DNA of 64,000 bases from Amphiscolops sp. MND2022 (lineage: Eukaryota), in the NCBI GenBank assembly GCA_964187785.1, contig OZ076409.1, positions 92,444,001 to 92,508,000 on the forward strand. The letters run 5' to 3'. How positions within the stretch are numbered: the first letter of the stretch is position 1; every line of letters begins with the position of its first letter. The translations under genes were made by a program, and so were the position numbers. The notes under the pieces were generated by a model. That model did not search any database. It was not told where the DNA came from and was given only the letters and a program-made list of their open reading frames with translations. Shown piece after piece: positions 13,932 to 25,400 of the stretch.

Positions 13932-14433
13932 ATTTGGACTGAAAGTGCAGGGGCCAAATGTGCAGAGGATGGTTGTCTCGGCGTTGGCTTCGACTGGTCC
14001 TTCGTTTGGTTGAGGAGAAAATGGCCTTCGTTAGTTCTGAATTGGCATGTCCTTCGTTTGTTCTGTCCTGTGAGAGCTTCTCTGAGAAGAGGACCTTCGG
14101 TAATCGTCTTTTCTGGCATCATCCTGGGTGATTTCGGTTAAAATTTTCGACGCGGCAACTCTAATTCTTGGTCCATCGAATGTCCGCTGATCTGCATTTT
14201 ATTGGTTGTCATGCTTTTGACGGGAGTTTCGGCTGGTTATTTTCGGTAGAAGCTGATTTCTCGGAGAAGAGTTTCCCTCCAAAACGCCTACGCTGAGTAA
14301 ACAATTCGATTAGCTTCCCTGACAAATTGGCAGCGAGTCAGGGATGAATGAACGATGAATTGTTTGCTCAGCGAGACACTGATGCCGTTTAGCGGAGTGG
14401 CTGGCGCCGTTGCTTGTTTACTCGCGATGAAAG

Positions 14434-14564
14434 GAGATGAATCGTTGCCATAGCAACTGTCAAAAGTTACTTCCGCTGCTCGACTTTTGAGTGAAAGGAA
14501 AGAGATGAATTCGTCGCCATAGCAACTGTTGCTCGATTTGATTGGCTGAGACTGAACTTATAAG
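14434..14564 (+). promoter_or_regulatory. Candidate promoter of the antisense cargo gene: two RFX X-box-like sites, inverted CCAAT box and TATA
   Basis: GTTGCCATAGCAAC (14444-14457) and GTCGCCATAGCAAC (14513-14526) lie in a duplicated ~26-bp unit. ATTGG at 14541-14545 and TATAAG at 14559-14564, ~490 bp upstream of ATG 15051. Confidence 0.5.
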
Positions 14565-15050
14565 TGAAGGAAATTACAACCGGTTGTCAGCGGCATTCTC
14601 ATCCATAAATCATCCTCCATTCAAGTCGGTTTGAAAATCGCCACGATTTCCTTTGCGCGTTTCCGCTCAACTTCGTCGGTATTGATCTGAGACTGGCAGC
14701 TGTCAACAAATCAAATACTTGAAGTTTCTTTTTTCAAGTCCTAGGAGAGGACGATCCATTTTCAGAGAAAGCTTGAGTTGGCTGTACTGGGAAGAAAAGT
14801 GATGTCAGTATTTGAAATCGGAGTTTTTTCATCGATTTTTCATCTTCTGAATTCAAGTATTTGATTAACATGGCATTCAAGCTGCGTCGCGCTCTTTGAA
14901 ATCTTCTATTGAATTTGTTCTTCCGTAATCATGGTTGATCAGGCCATTTAATTACTGATCAAATTCTCTGTTCCTGAATTCTTCGATTTCTTTCCTTCTT
15001 TCACCTTCTTCCATTCTTTTCAGATTGTTTGTTTTGCAATTCACTTCGAG

Positions 15051-18000
15051 ATGTCAGACATTCATTCAGTCTACTCCTTACCAGATACCGAGGTCACAGA
15101 AAGTAAGTGCACTAGTTTTTCTTTTCTTCACAAACGGGTTAGGGACAACTAGGTACTGAAAATACGTCTTGCCTTAGCTGACTCAGTCCATTCTGTTGGC
15201 ATCGTATCTGAGTTGACGACGCTTCAAACTGTGCCGCCGCAAGAGACTCCAATGGCCCAACCAGCTATCGCTGAGCCTCAGGTTGACCCTGGTAGTCAGC
15301 CAAATCAAGAGTTCAATGTCCCGTATCTTCCGCAGTGTAAGTACTATCCTTCCGGCCTTCAGTTCAGTCTTCGAATCCCTCATGTCTCATCCTTACTTCG
15401 TCCAGTAGTTGACTCCTTTTCGTATGGTGTTTCAGACCACTACCCCTGGTATGCTTCCCTAGGTAGCATCACCTTCGGGTGGTATGACCGCCACATGCGG
15501 GACATGCTGCGGGATAGCATTCAGCAGTACAGTGAGTTTGTCAATTTCCTTTTCACTTCTCTAGGCTATCGTCCGAACACTCCGATGTGATTCCGATGTA
15601 AACATCTCATCTGCATGTAGTGTCCTTTGCGGTCGATTACCCATGTAATTCACCTTCGAGATGAATTTAGGATGTGTCATGAACATTCACAGCTCTTCAT
15701 GACTGACTCGCTGTAAATCCCATTTTTTGAAGATGAGTTTTGGATGTATTCTTCTCCGTTTTTCTTTCTTCGCGCGGCGTACGCGCTCTTTCTTCTCTAA
15801 TCGTCGTCGTCCAGTAACAGTTTCTTCTTTCAGGCCCCACACCGATTCACGCGCCGAGGCCTCGGCCCATCACCTGTTCCATTGGAATAGGGACTAGTGA
15901 TCACCAGGCTGAGAACATTGATGCTAGTACTCAGGGAGGGCCTCCTCAACTTGACTTGTCCTCGTTCCTTCAGGACTTGTCATTCGGGAGCGTAAGTTCT
16001 CCTGTCAGGCAGGCACCAGTGTCTGTACTGTCACCAGTGCTGAGGAGTTCTTTTGCCGCTAGTAGTCCTCCTCCTGCTCGTATCACTCTCGACGCTGCTG
16101 TGAATGCTGTTGTCGATTGCGTGGATGCAGTCATCGATGCCGTTGTCGATACCTCTGATCGAGCAGTCCAGGCCGTTGTGGAAGTCAGTGAGTCCTCCAC
16201 CTTCCATGATCCTCCTGTTGAGGAACCTGTCATCGTTGCCTCTTCTTCTGTTCCTACCCTTCCAGTCAGCGACACTGATACAGTTGGTGATGCTTCCGTG
16301 AGTACCGCCGGCGGTGCTGAGACCCTACTTGAAGTCCCTGGTGACTTCTCGTCCGACATCCTTCTGCCTGCTGAACCTGACCGAGAATCTGCCTCTCCCA
16401 GTGCTGCTCTCATGTCGACCGTGGCTTCTCCCATGGGACCCAGTCTACTGGATAGTGATGACGAACCAATCGCGTCCCGTCTGCCAGGTTAACTAAACAG
16501 CTTTAAACTGGTGAAGTATCTGATCAGTAGATTTTTCATTCATTTCCTTCTTCGCTTTTGCTTTCACTAGCATCTTTCACGTTTTCCTTCTTTTCTATCC
16601 ATTTTTCATCGTTCTTCTGTTTTCACTATATGGTTTTCTGCAGTTTTCCATTTTTCCATCACATTCTCATCGTCAAAGGTCGTTGAACATTAGTTTTCGC
16701 TCTCTAGTCCTTTTAGAATTTTCATCTCTTTTACATCTTTAAAATTTTCTCTTTTCGGTTTTCGCTATTTGTCGGTGTTTTCTTTTCAGTTTTCATCTCT
16801 TTTTCATCGTTAAGTTGTTTTCGCTCTAAAATATCTCAATTTTGGTTCAAAGTCGTTCTATTTATCTCTTTTCCATCGTTCAAGTTTTCATTCTTTAAGG
16901 TTTCCATTTTTCATCCTGGTGATGTGCAAAATGCATCTCTTTTTCATCTTTTCGTTTTCTTCGTTTTCCGCTTATATTTCCTGATGAAAATATTATTTTA
17001 CATCATTTTTTCATCACTCCGGGTGACTTTTTGGAAGTTTGCGGTGGTTTTTTCATTTTTCAGTTTTGTAAAGATTATTTTAAGATGATCTTGGTATTTT
17101 GTGTGAACGTGGTTGTTTTTAGTGGATGTGTTATGTGTTGGCATGTGATTATTTCTGTTTGTAGGGCGAAAAGTGATCAAGTCATGGTGGTTTTCTCATG
17201 AATACTGTGGGCTTGCACTGGGCTATGCACGAAGTCATCAATCGCGGCTATCATTCGTTCGATGTTTACTGTGCAAGCGTGATATCAATGTTGGCAGTCG
17301 TGGTATCACTACTTTCATGGAGCATTGTCGTGGGCTCCGTCACCATCGTTTGGACTGCCTGATTCGTTTGTTTCGGGATTTACCGTTGCGGCGACGCGAT
17401 GGGTCATTGATGAGCAATGAAGAGAGTGTGGAGTGTAGGAGCAGCCTGGGCGGTGCAATGGTGCCATTCATTGAGACGTGCCCCTCCTTTAGTGTACTGG
17501 AGGTGTTTGAGTTGGAAGCAGCTGGACGACCTGTGTGGGGGGACGAGGAGGAAGAGGATCTATTGTGTGAAAAGACCGTGCATCTGTTCGTGTGCCTGGT
17601 TATTGACGCAATCTATCGTGGGTGTCAGTTCGCCAGCGTAACGAGTTTGTGGGAGGTGATGGTTGCGTCAGAGCCGCAACATGCCTCTCTTTTCGGTGTT
17701 ACTTGCGAAGTGAATGACGTGATGGTAATTCGTATTTCCTTTTGTTTTTTTTTGTTTCATGAAGGTTCGTGTAGATGGAAAAAAAATATACATTTAGTGG
17801 GTAGTTATCCATAGGTAGTTTTGAAGCTGGTGTAGGGGGGATTTTCAACTATTAATTGTGTCGGGTTATTTTTAAGCGGATCGTGAATTAATGTATAGTA
17901 AAGTTGATGTTTGTTTTTAGAGTGTGGTTCTACTGAGTTTGTGGCCGTACGCGATGAAGAGGCTAATCACTCTGTGGTCTAACTGTGGGTTTACCAGCTT

Positions 18001-19828
18001 TCATGTGGCTGTTGGGCAGGGGCGCGTGACTGGCACGGTCACAATGTGTTCTCTAGAAGGGATCAGTCAGTACTGTGTCTTCAGTTTTTGTCTGTCTGAG
18101 GATTGGGAAAAACGAGTTGTCACGTGGATGATTAACATGTGGTGTTGTTTGCTTGGAGAACCTGTTCCACTTGGACTGTGTTGCGATGCGTTGCCTCAGC
18201 TGGGTGGACTGTTCCAAGCCGCCACTGGCGTTGGGTCACTGGAGTTGAAGACGCTGTCATTGTGTGAAATCAGTCGGACAATTGTGGACGTGGGAGGGCG
18301 GGCGCTCGGCGGGACTGATATTCACGTGGTGCTGAATCATCTGCAGAAGAGACTGAGAGGATATGTCAGGGATCCTCTGTTGTTGAGCTGCCCTCATCTG
18401 TTGCAGGTCGGTGTAGTCTTCCGCTTTTATTTGAGTGTTACTATGAGTTGTACTCTTTGTCTGTTTCTGTTGTTTGTATATTGGTAGTTGTTTGTATTGT
18501 AATATTTTGTTTTATCTATGTGGAGCTTGTTATGTTTTGTTTAGGCTATTTTATCCGGGGAAGTCTACGTGTGGACTCTTGCTGATGTGTGCGATGAATT
18601 ACGTGCCAATTGGGCAGAAGTGCTGTGTCTAGTTCGATTCGCTTCGGGAGACGGGCCAGTAGATGCGTTGGATCTTACTTTGAGGGTGGAGTTTGGGATC
18701 CCAATCAGGCTCCGAGCACTTAGTATGGTCTATCGTGCTTGTTAGTATGTCGTATACTTACCGGGTGGGAAGTTTCTGCAGTTGGCTTTACGTATTCGAG
18801 TGTTTAATCAATTCGCATTTTTCGGGAAGGGAACGGGGGGGTTAGTCCGATTATTTACTGTGTATAGAATTGTTGTGTTTTTCATTTCAGTAGTGACGTC
18901 GTACGAAAAGAGTTTCGGGTCTTCATCATTGCGGAGTTGTTACTGGGCGATCGAGAGTGCATTGTTTGTGAAACGCCTGCTGACTCTACTGGTTGATGAA
19001 GAGAGCCTGCCCACTGATCTGGATATCCGAGGGTGGTTGTTTGTGGATGTAGACAGTTATGTTGTGTCAGCGACTAAGTTACAAGCCCTTATCGCGAGTT
19101 TCAGCTCAGATGAGAATTTGACGGAAGATGTGGCTGTGTATGAAGAGGATGTGTCCCGAGTGCCTAATTTCTTATTGTCTATCGTCAAGAACGTATTATT
19201 GCTACCAGGGATTCGTGACGATCTTGCTTTCGTGCGAAGTGTCTTTAGTTCACCCAGACTGGTTTGTGTGGCGGAAACTGATCTTGTGGCGGAAATTCGC
19301 AATTTTACTGGTTTACTTGTGGAAATGGGGCGGATCAGTTTAGTCGAACAGGATCGAATGGAGCTCGGATTTCTGGAATTCATAAGGGCTTTTCGGTGCG
19401 AGCCTAGGCTAGCTGGGGCGACTGCCGAGTATTCAGCCGTTGATCTGTTGCGTTTCTGTTCCAGTCGCGGGTCGCAGAGTCTGTTACAACTTGTCTTTTG
19501 CCTGGGAGGGGTGGTGCAGAGCACTTGCAATACTATATGCGAAGGGATCGGGCACCTGCCGAGCGATGTCATGAGCTGTGTATGTGCAGTAATCTCTAGT
19601 TATTTGTCTGCTAATCATGTGCGAAGTTACGGTAGTGTCAGTGGGCCACTGATGGAAGAAGTGATGGAGTCGCACAGAAGGCTCGTCGATCTATCAGAGA
19701 TTACAGAGGGCATGTTGTGGGACGACGTCGGTATCGTGGCTGGGGAAGATTATCGTCTCCAGTTATATGCTAGTCTTGGTTATGATGTGACCGGGGAGCG
19801 GGCTGCCAGTCCCGAGATTGGAAACTGA
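15051..19828 (+). CDS. Spliced antisense cargo gene inside element A; ~1079-aa protein with Ser/Pro/acidic N-terminus, C2H2/BED-like zinc finger and probable inactive hAT-transposase-like body
   Basis: Exons 15051-15102, 15178-15531, 15834-16487, 17165-17724, 17921-18406, 18545-18740 and 18891-19828 total 3240 nt = 1079 aa + stop. Six GT-AG introns (phases 1,1,1,0,0,1) with pyrimidine-rich acceptors join five ORF-track fragments in frame. Zinc finger CLLC-x16-HCRGLRHH at ~17263-17346. The last donor could alternatively be 18723 (same phase). Confidence 0.85.
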
Positions 19829-19928
19829 CTTATTAACTGTTTATGTTGTTCATTGTTTTGCTATATAATTTGTTGTATTTACATATTAGTGTAGTTATTC
19901 ATATGTTGGGAGACCCATGAAAAAGGTC

Positions 19929-19934
19929 AATAAA
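19929..19934 (+). terminator. Candidate poly(A) signal of the antisense gene
   Basis: AATAAA 100 nt downstream of the TGA at 19828. Confidence 0.5.
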
Positions 19935-22401
19935 TGGAAAGCACAGTAATGACTATAGTGAGAATGATACAAATCCAGATGCTACGGCGGAAAGATCGGT
20001 AGTAGTGTGTTTACAACATTAGTTATTTTGGTGCCCAACAGCTGTTTTTCTTTTGAGTTGTTAGAGATAGTTACAGAGGATATTAAGTACGTGTAAATCA
20101 ACAAGTTCGTCCAACAGTTCACTTGAAGCATTGTCTTCGGTATTTTTGTATCATAGATCATCGGTCGGGCGTCGCTTTTATGGTGTTCATCGTTATTACA
20201 TCTCGTGGTAGTGTAAGTAACTCGTCAGCGTTTGATCTTTGATTTTTCATCTCATTTTCATCACGTTTTCCTCGGTCGACCAAGCGACGTCGTGAAAACT
20301 GTTTTTGTCATCGTTTTTACATCTTTCGGTGCGTCAGAAATATTGCGTGTTGTTACATGTGGTTTTTCTACGTATTTCATCGTTTTTTCATCTTGCTTTT
20401 GAGATTTTGCATTTTTGCTAGTTTTTGGTGTAATTCATCGTTTTTGTATCGCAAGTTTGACCTGGCAAGTTTTTTGCTCATTTTGCTGTATAGTTCATCT
20501 TCTTTTCATCGTGCGTTTGAACTGTACGGATTTTTGCGTGTTTTCGATGTTATTTGGGTATAACGTAAGCGGGGGTTGCATTTTTCATGTCCGGATGAAA
20601 TTTTTATTAATATTGCGGTGTTTCGGATTGTTTTCTTCATGTATTTTAGCGTTATACGGTTATAACCATTTGTCGTGTTTTTGAATTTGCATGAATTTTA
20701 TGGTACATGTGTTTTGATCATCGTCGTCATGTTTCTAATTTGTCAACTTCGGAACGTCATTGCATGTATTTTTAGTTCGAATTCTGGTGACCGCCGCTTG
20801 TGTGGCAGTCGAAAATAAGTTCACTCAGCAGTGGTACTGATAGCCTGTAGGCGTGCAAGGTACTAGTGGCTTCAGTCCAGAGCTGAGTGAGTGGAGCTGC
20901 TCCGCTCCTTTCAGATAAATGGAATCTCGTAGTTTCGGGCTATATATAGTCTATATGTCATTTTTTCGGTTGGTTGTTTGCCATTATTCGTCGAAATGGG
21001 TTTGTCCATTTGACGGTCAGTCCGATCAATCAATGTGTTTGACATCTACGGTTATGCATGTGTCCAGTTTTAGACTATCTGTTTCTTGTATTTGCATGTA
21101 TGGATTGTTACATGATGTGTTCTTTTAAATGGGTTGCCCCATTATTGACATGTCGTTATATGTTCGGTGTTAGTTTCATGTTTTTTGATTTTATTTTCGT
21201 TCATTTGGACAGGGCTTTGTCGTCACAAAGCCCCTACAAAACTAACTGAGAATCCACTAGCCGCTGGATAACCAACGCAGCAAGCTTCATCCGAATATGG
21301 TTGTGAGCTCCCCGCCTCAACTAACCAGCACTCTTTTCAGAGAAATGCCAGCCAGCACGAAGGAATGTTTTTGGCTTATCGATAGGGGTGTTTTGCTTGT
21401 TATAAACTGATGTTTGCTGGGGGGTGCTCACTCCTTTGTTAGTTTAGTAGGTGTTTCGTCAATTCTTATATTTTGCATGTAAATTAGTAGACTTCATGTA
21501 TTTTCGTTTGTTTGTTTCATTTTTATTCGTCTAGGTTCGGATGGTTTTGGTGTGAATTGCATATATTATCTCATTCATTTTTGAACGGTACATGTATATT
21601 TCCGTGCGTTGCTCATTTGTATTGCATGTAGTTTGGAATTGTTAATTGCTTTCGTGACGTCATTGATTTGGCAGGTCTTTGAACTTTACATGTATTGATC
21701 ATTTCATTTTTGTGTCGCATAATTTCGTTGCATGATTCGAAATAAGGTCGGTTGTTTTTTATCGTTTCGTGGAGTTACATGTTGTTTGCGAATTAGCTGA
21801 TTTATTGTGATGTTATGTTGATGGTGTTTCCCATCACAAAGAGGTGTTGGTAAGTCATTTAATATTTTCGAATTTCCATTTAGACTAAATTCATCGTTTT
21901 GACATCCTCCAGCGAAGCTAGAGTATTGTGTCAGGTTAACGATAAATTCGGTCACGATTTGATGGTAGTGTCCATCACAAATTCATCTCGTTAATTGATT
22001 TCGTGTAATTTATGAATAATTGGATCGAGTTCATCGCTATTTCATCCTCTAGCCGAGCTAGAGTCTTATGATAGTATGAACGTGATTGCGTTCGCATTCT
22101 GATGGTATTTTCCATCTCAAATGCATCGTTAGTAAATATTGCATGTTGATTGGTCGAATTTTTGACTGAGTTCATCACCTTTTCATCTCAAATTTTGTGT
22201 GTTGTTTTTCCTGGGTTTTTGATCATGTTTCATCCATTTTACATCTCGTTTTGTTTGTATGCGGTTTTCATGTGATTTTTAGTGACTTTTCATCCATTTT
22301 ACATCTTCATGTACTTTTTAAGTTCAAATTGCATGTAATTCATTCGTTTTGTGATTTGTTCATCCGTAATACATCTCAGATTTAAAATGAGACTTTCTTG
22401 G

Positions 22402-25400
22402 CTAAATCGTTACGTCTATTTTGTTGGTCTTTCTCAGTTCGTTTCTAGCTGAAGTAATCTCATGAATGAGGAAGTCTGGATACGTTTTCGGTGTAGGGTT
22501 CTCACGTAACCTGTACCTACTTTGATTTGATCTAGACGGTCTAGGACTCATCCTTTCTTCATCTTCATTTTGCGTGTTTGTCTGTTGTGACTGGTTTTCG
22601 TGTTGTTCGTCTCTCAGAGGTACTCTTATCCTACTTTCATCGCGGGGAGGCGGTAGAATAATTTCTTCTCGCGTTCCAAATCTAACTGTAGGTGGTCTAA
22701 AGTTGTTGTGATCAGTTTCTACTTGGTGATAGTCTATTCTCGTGGTTATTTCTGGTGGAATTACTTGTGGAGTGTGTTGTTCTTGTACCCGAGGAATTGT
22801 TTCTTCTGAAGGCTCTTCTTCGACCAAGTCTTGATCTAGATTGTCATTCTCATTCTGATCTACTTCGTCGGTCGTCGGAATATTCGAGTCGAAAATGTCC
22901 GTGTCTTCAACCCTTTCGGTATCTGGGTAGAGATGTTTGGACACGTTGATGTCGTCAATCGGAAATTCCGGTTTGAACAATCTCAGTCGCATGCGATGTA
23001 CGCACTGAGTTTGGTGTGTGCCTACTTTGCGGATGATGTAGTTGCTATCGGATAGCACTTTAATCACCTTGTACGGTCCTTTCCAATGGAAAGTTTTAAA
23101 CTCTTCTTTGCTTCTCTGAGAGTCGTACTTAGGGTCTAGTAGGAACACAAATTCATTCACCTTCAGTGGCTGTGCTCGTGCTTTTCTATCATAGTACGTT
23201 TTGTACTTGTGATAGGCGGAAATGATGTTATCTAGATTGTCTCTGAAGATAAAATTCATTTTGTCTAGAATTTCGTTCACGTCCTTGCACTTTGTTTCAG
23301 CCGGTTTGTTTGCGTTTCGGAATTGCAGATCTAGTGAGTTGTATGGTGTTCTTCCGTGGAAAATTTCAGTTGGTGAACATTTCAGTGAATCATGATACGT
23401 TGTGTTATGGGCCATGATTGCTATGTCGACATAGCGGTCCCATTGTGGTCTGTCTGCGTTTACGCTAATCTTAAGGATCTTTTTCAGTTTCGCGTGCGTT
23501 CTCTCCACCATGCCTATTGTCTGCGCGTGCTTTATCGTGGCATGGGAGATGTGAATATCAGCCGCTTTCGCGATTTCAGACAGAAGTTCCGCCGTGAACG
23601 CCGTGCCTTTGTCGGTCAGAATGTGTTTGGGCACATACGCGTGTTTTGTGAAGATCGACAGTAGTCCTCTGACTACGGAATGTGTGTCAGGTCTCTTCAG
23701 CGGAACGGCGAACAGGTAGCGCGAAAAAACGTCAACAGCCGTCAGGATGTGTGTAAAACCGTTCGATGCCGGGAGTGGACCAACGATGTCTATTTCCAGC
23801 AGGTCTTCTGGTCCGTCGCACGGGTCGTAGATTTTTTGTAACGGTGGACGTAGTTGCGTTTCTTTTACACTTTTAGACTTCATGCAGTTTTCACATCCGT
23901 CAAGGACTTTTTGAACTTTACAGGCTAAGTTAGGAGAGTAATATCTTTTACGAAGTTCATACAACATTTTCTTTAAACCAGGGTGTCCTTGTACCGGGCT
24001 GTTATGTAGAGTCCTAATTATTTTCAAAATACAGTCTTCAGGAACGACTAACTGCTTATGAGACTCTAGTCCCGTGTGATCAAAAAACTGTCTGTACAAG
24101 ACACCGTTTACAACTTGTAGGCGTTTTCGATTTTTGTACAACTTTTGAAAAAACTGGTCTTGCATGTTAACTGGGTGTTGCAAAATTTCAGTACCTTCTA
24201 AAAATCTAATCATTTGTTGGACAACCCAGTTATTTTTCTGGACCTGAATTAGATCGATCCCCTCAGCGGGGCTAACCTGACTCATTACCGGGTGTGATAA
24301 TGATACTTTACGGATGAATTGCGAGAGTTGAATCGGCTCGTCCACGTCTGTGAGCCGGTACGTCAGATGGTTGTCAGTCGCGAAGTCATCTGAGGCCGCT
24401 GTTCTCTCACAGTTGGTGAACTTCATCCCTTTCCCATCGTCATGAGCCACGTCAGTGCCAGTTGCCAATTTCATCTCTTTGACATCCTTCTGGCGTTTGC
24501 ATCTGAGTGGTTCGCTCGCGGGGAAGTAATCAGGCTCGTCTTCCTCCTGTTTTGGTGTACGGGAGGCGATGTCGATCTCGATCCTGTGAATTGGAATAGT
24601 ATCAGTCAATTTTAAATGTACACGGTCTTCAGGTCTAATCTCAAGCCGAGATAAGTAATCCGCTGCGGGATTCTCAATTCCTGGAACATGTGCTAACAGA
24701 AAATTGAACTGAAGGGTTTGATCGCAAAAATTCCAAAGTGAAGGCGGGATATGCTTCGCCTGGAAAAATCTAGTCAAGGCCTTATTGTCAGTCATAACAA
24801 TGATGGGTTTTTTCGCACCCCACAAAATGTGGCCAAATTCATCGAAGGCAAAGTGCATAGCTAGAAACTCTTTGGCATACATTGTTAGAGACATCTGGCC
24901 GCCCTGAAATTTCTTAGAGCCAAATGCAACAGGGGCGTATGTATGTTTGACTGACGGGTCTGCATAATCCTCGATTAACAACACATAGCCTGCAGCGTGT
25001 TCGCTGGCGTCACACATGATTACCAGTTGTTTATCTGGTAATGGCAGTTTCAGAGACACTTTTGTTGCTTTTAACAAACTTTCATTAATTTCAAAAATAG
25101 CATCTTTATGTTGTTGGTTCAGCTTGAAAGGGACGTCTTTCTTGATGAGTTCCTGTAAACAACAAGTTTTATCAGCTAGACGGGGAATGTAAGACCTGTA
25201 AAAGTTCACGAAACCAAGATAACGTTGCAACGCTTTCACTGAATTGGGGGGTTTCAACTTCGTTAAATAGTCTGTTACGCGTTTTTCAATGGGAGCAATA
25301 CCAGTGCTAGAAATGGTTTTTCCCAAGTACTCAATTTGTTTTTGTCCAAATTCACATTTACTCATGCTAAGTTTAAGACCAGCTTTGTGCAATTGTTGAA

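Noticed and set aside
15532..15564. Alternative acceptor CTAG at 15564 for cargo intron 2
   Set aside because: It would give a 33-nt intron and a stop at 15590. The acceptor at 15833 keeps the frame open.
15970..19675. Minus-strand ORFs (15970-16434, 19057-19572 etc.) as an env-like sense gene of element A
   Set aside because: They are shadow frames of the plus-strand exons and show no signal peptide or TM pattern. Splice signals support only the plus strand.
20820..20900. Hammerhead ribozyme in the element A spacer
   Set aside because: The core reads CTGATAG, not CTGANGA, and no correctly placed GAAA was found.
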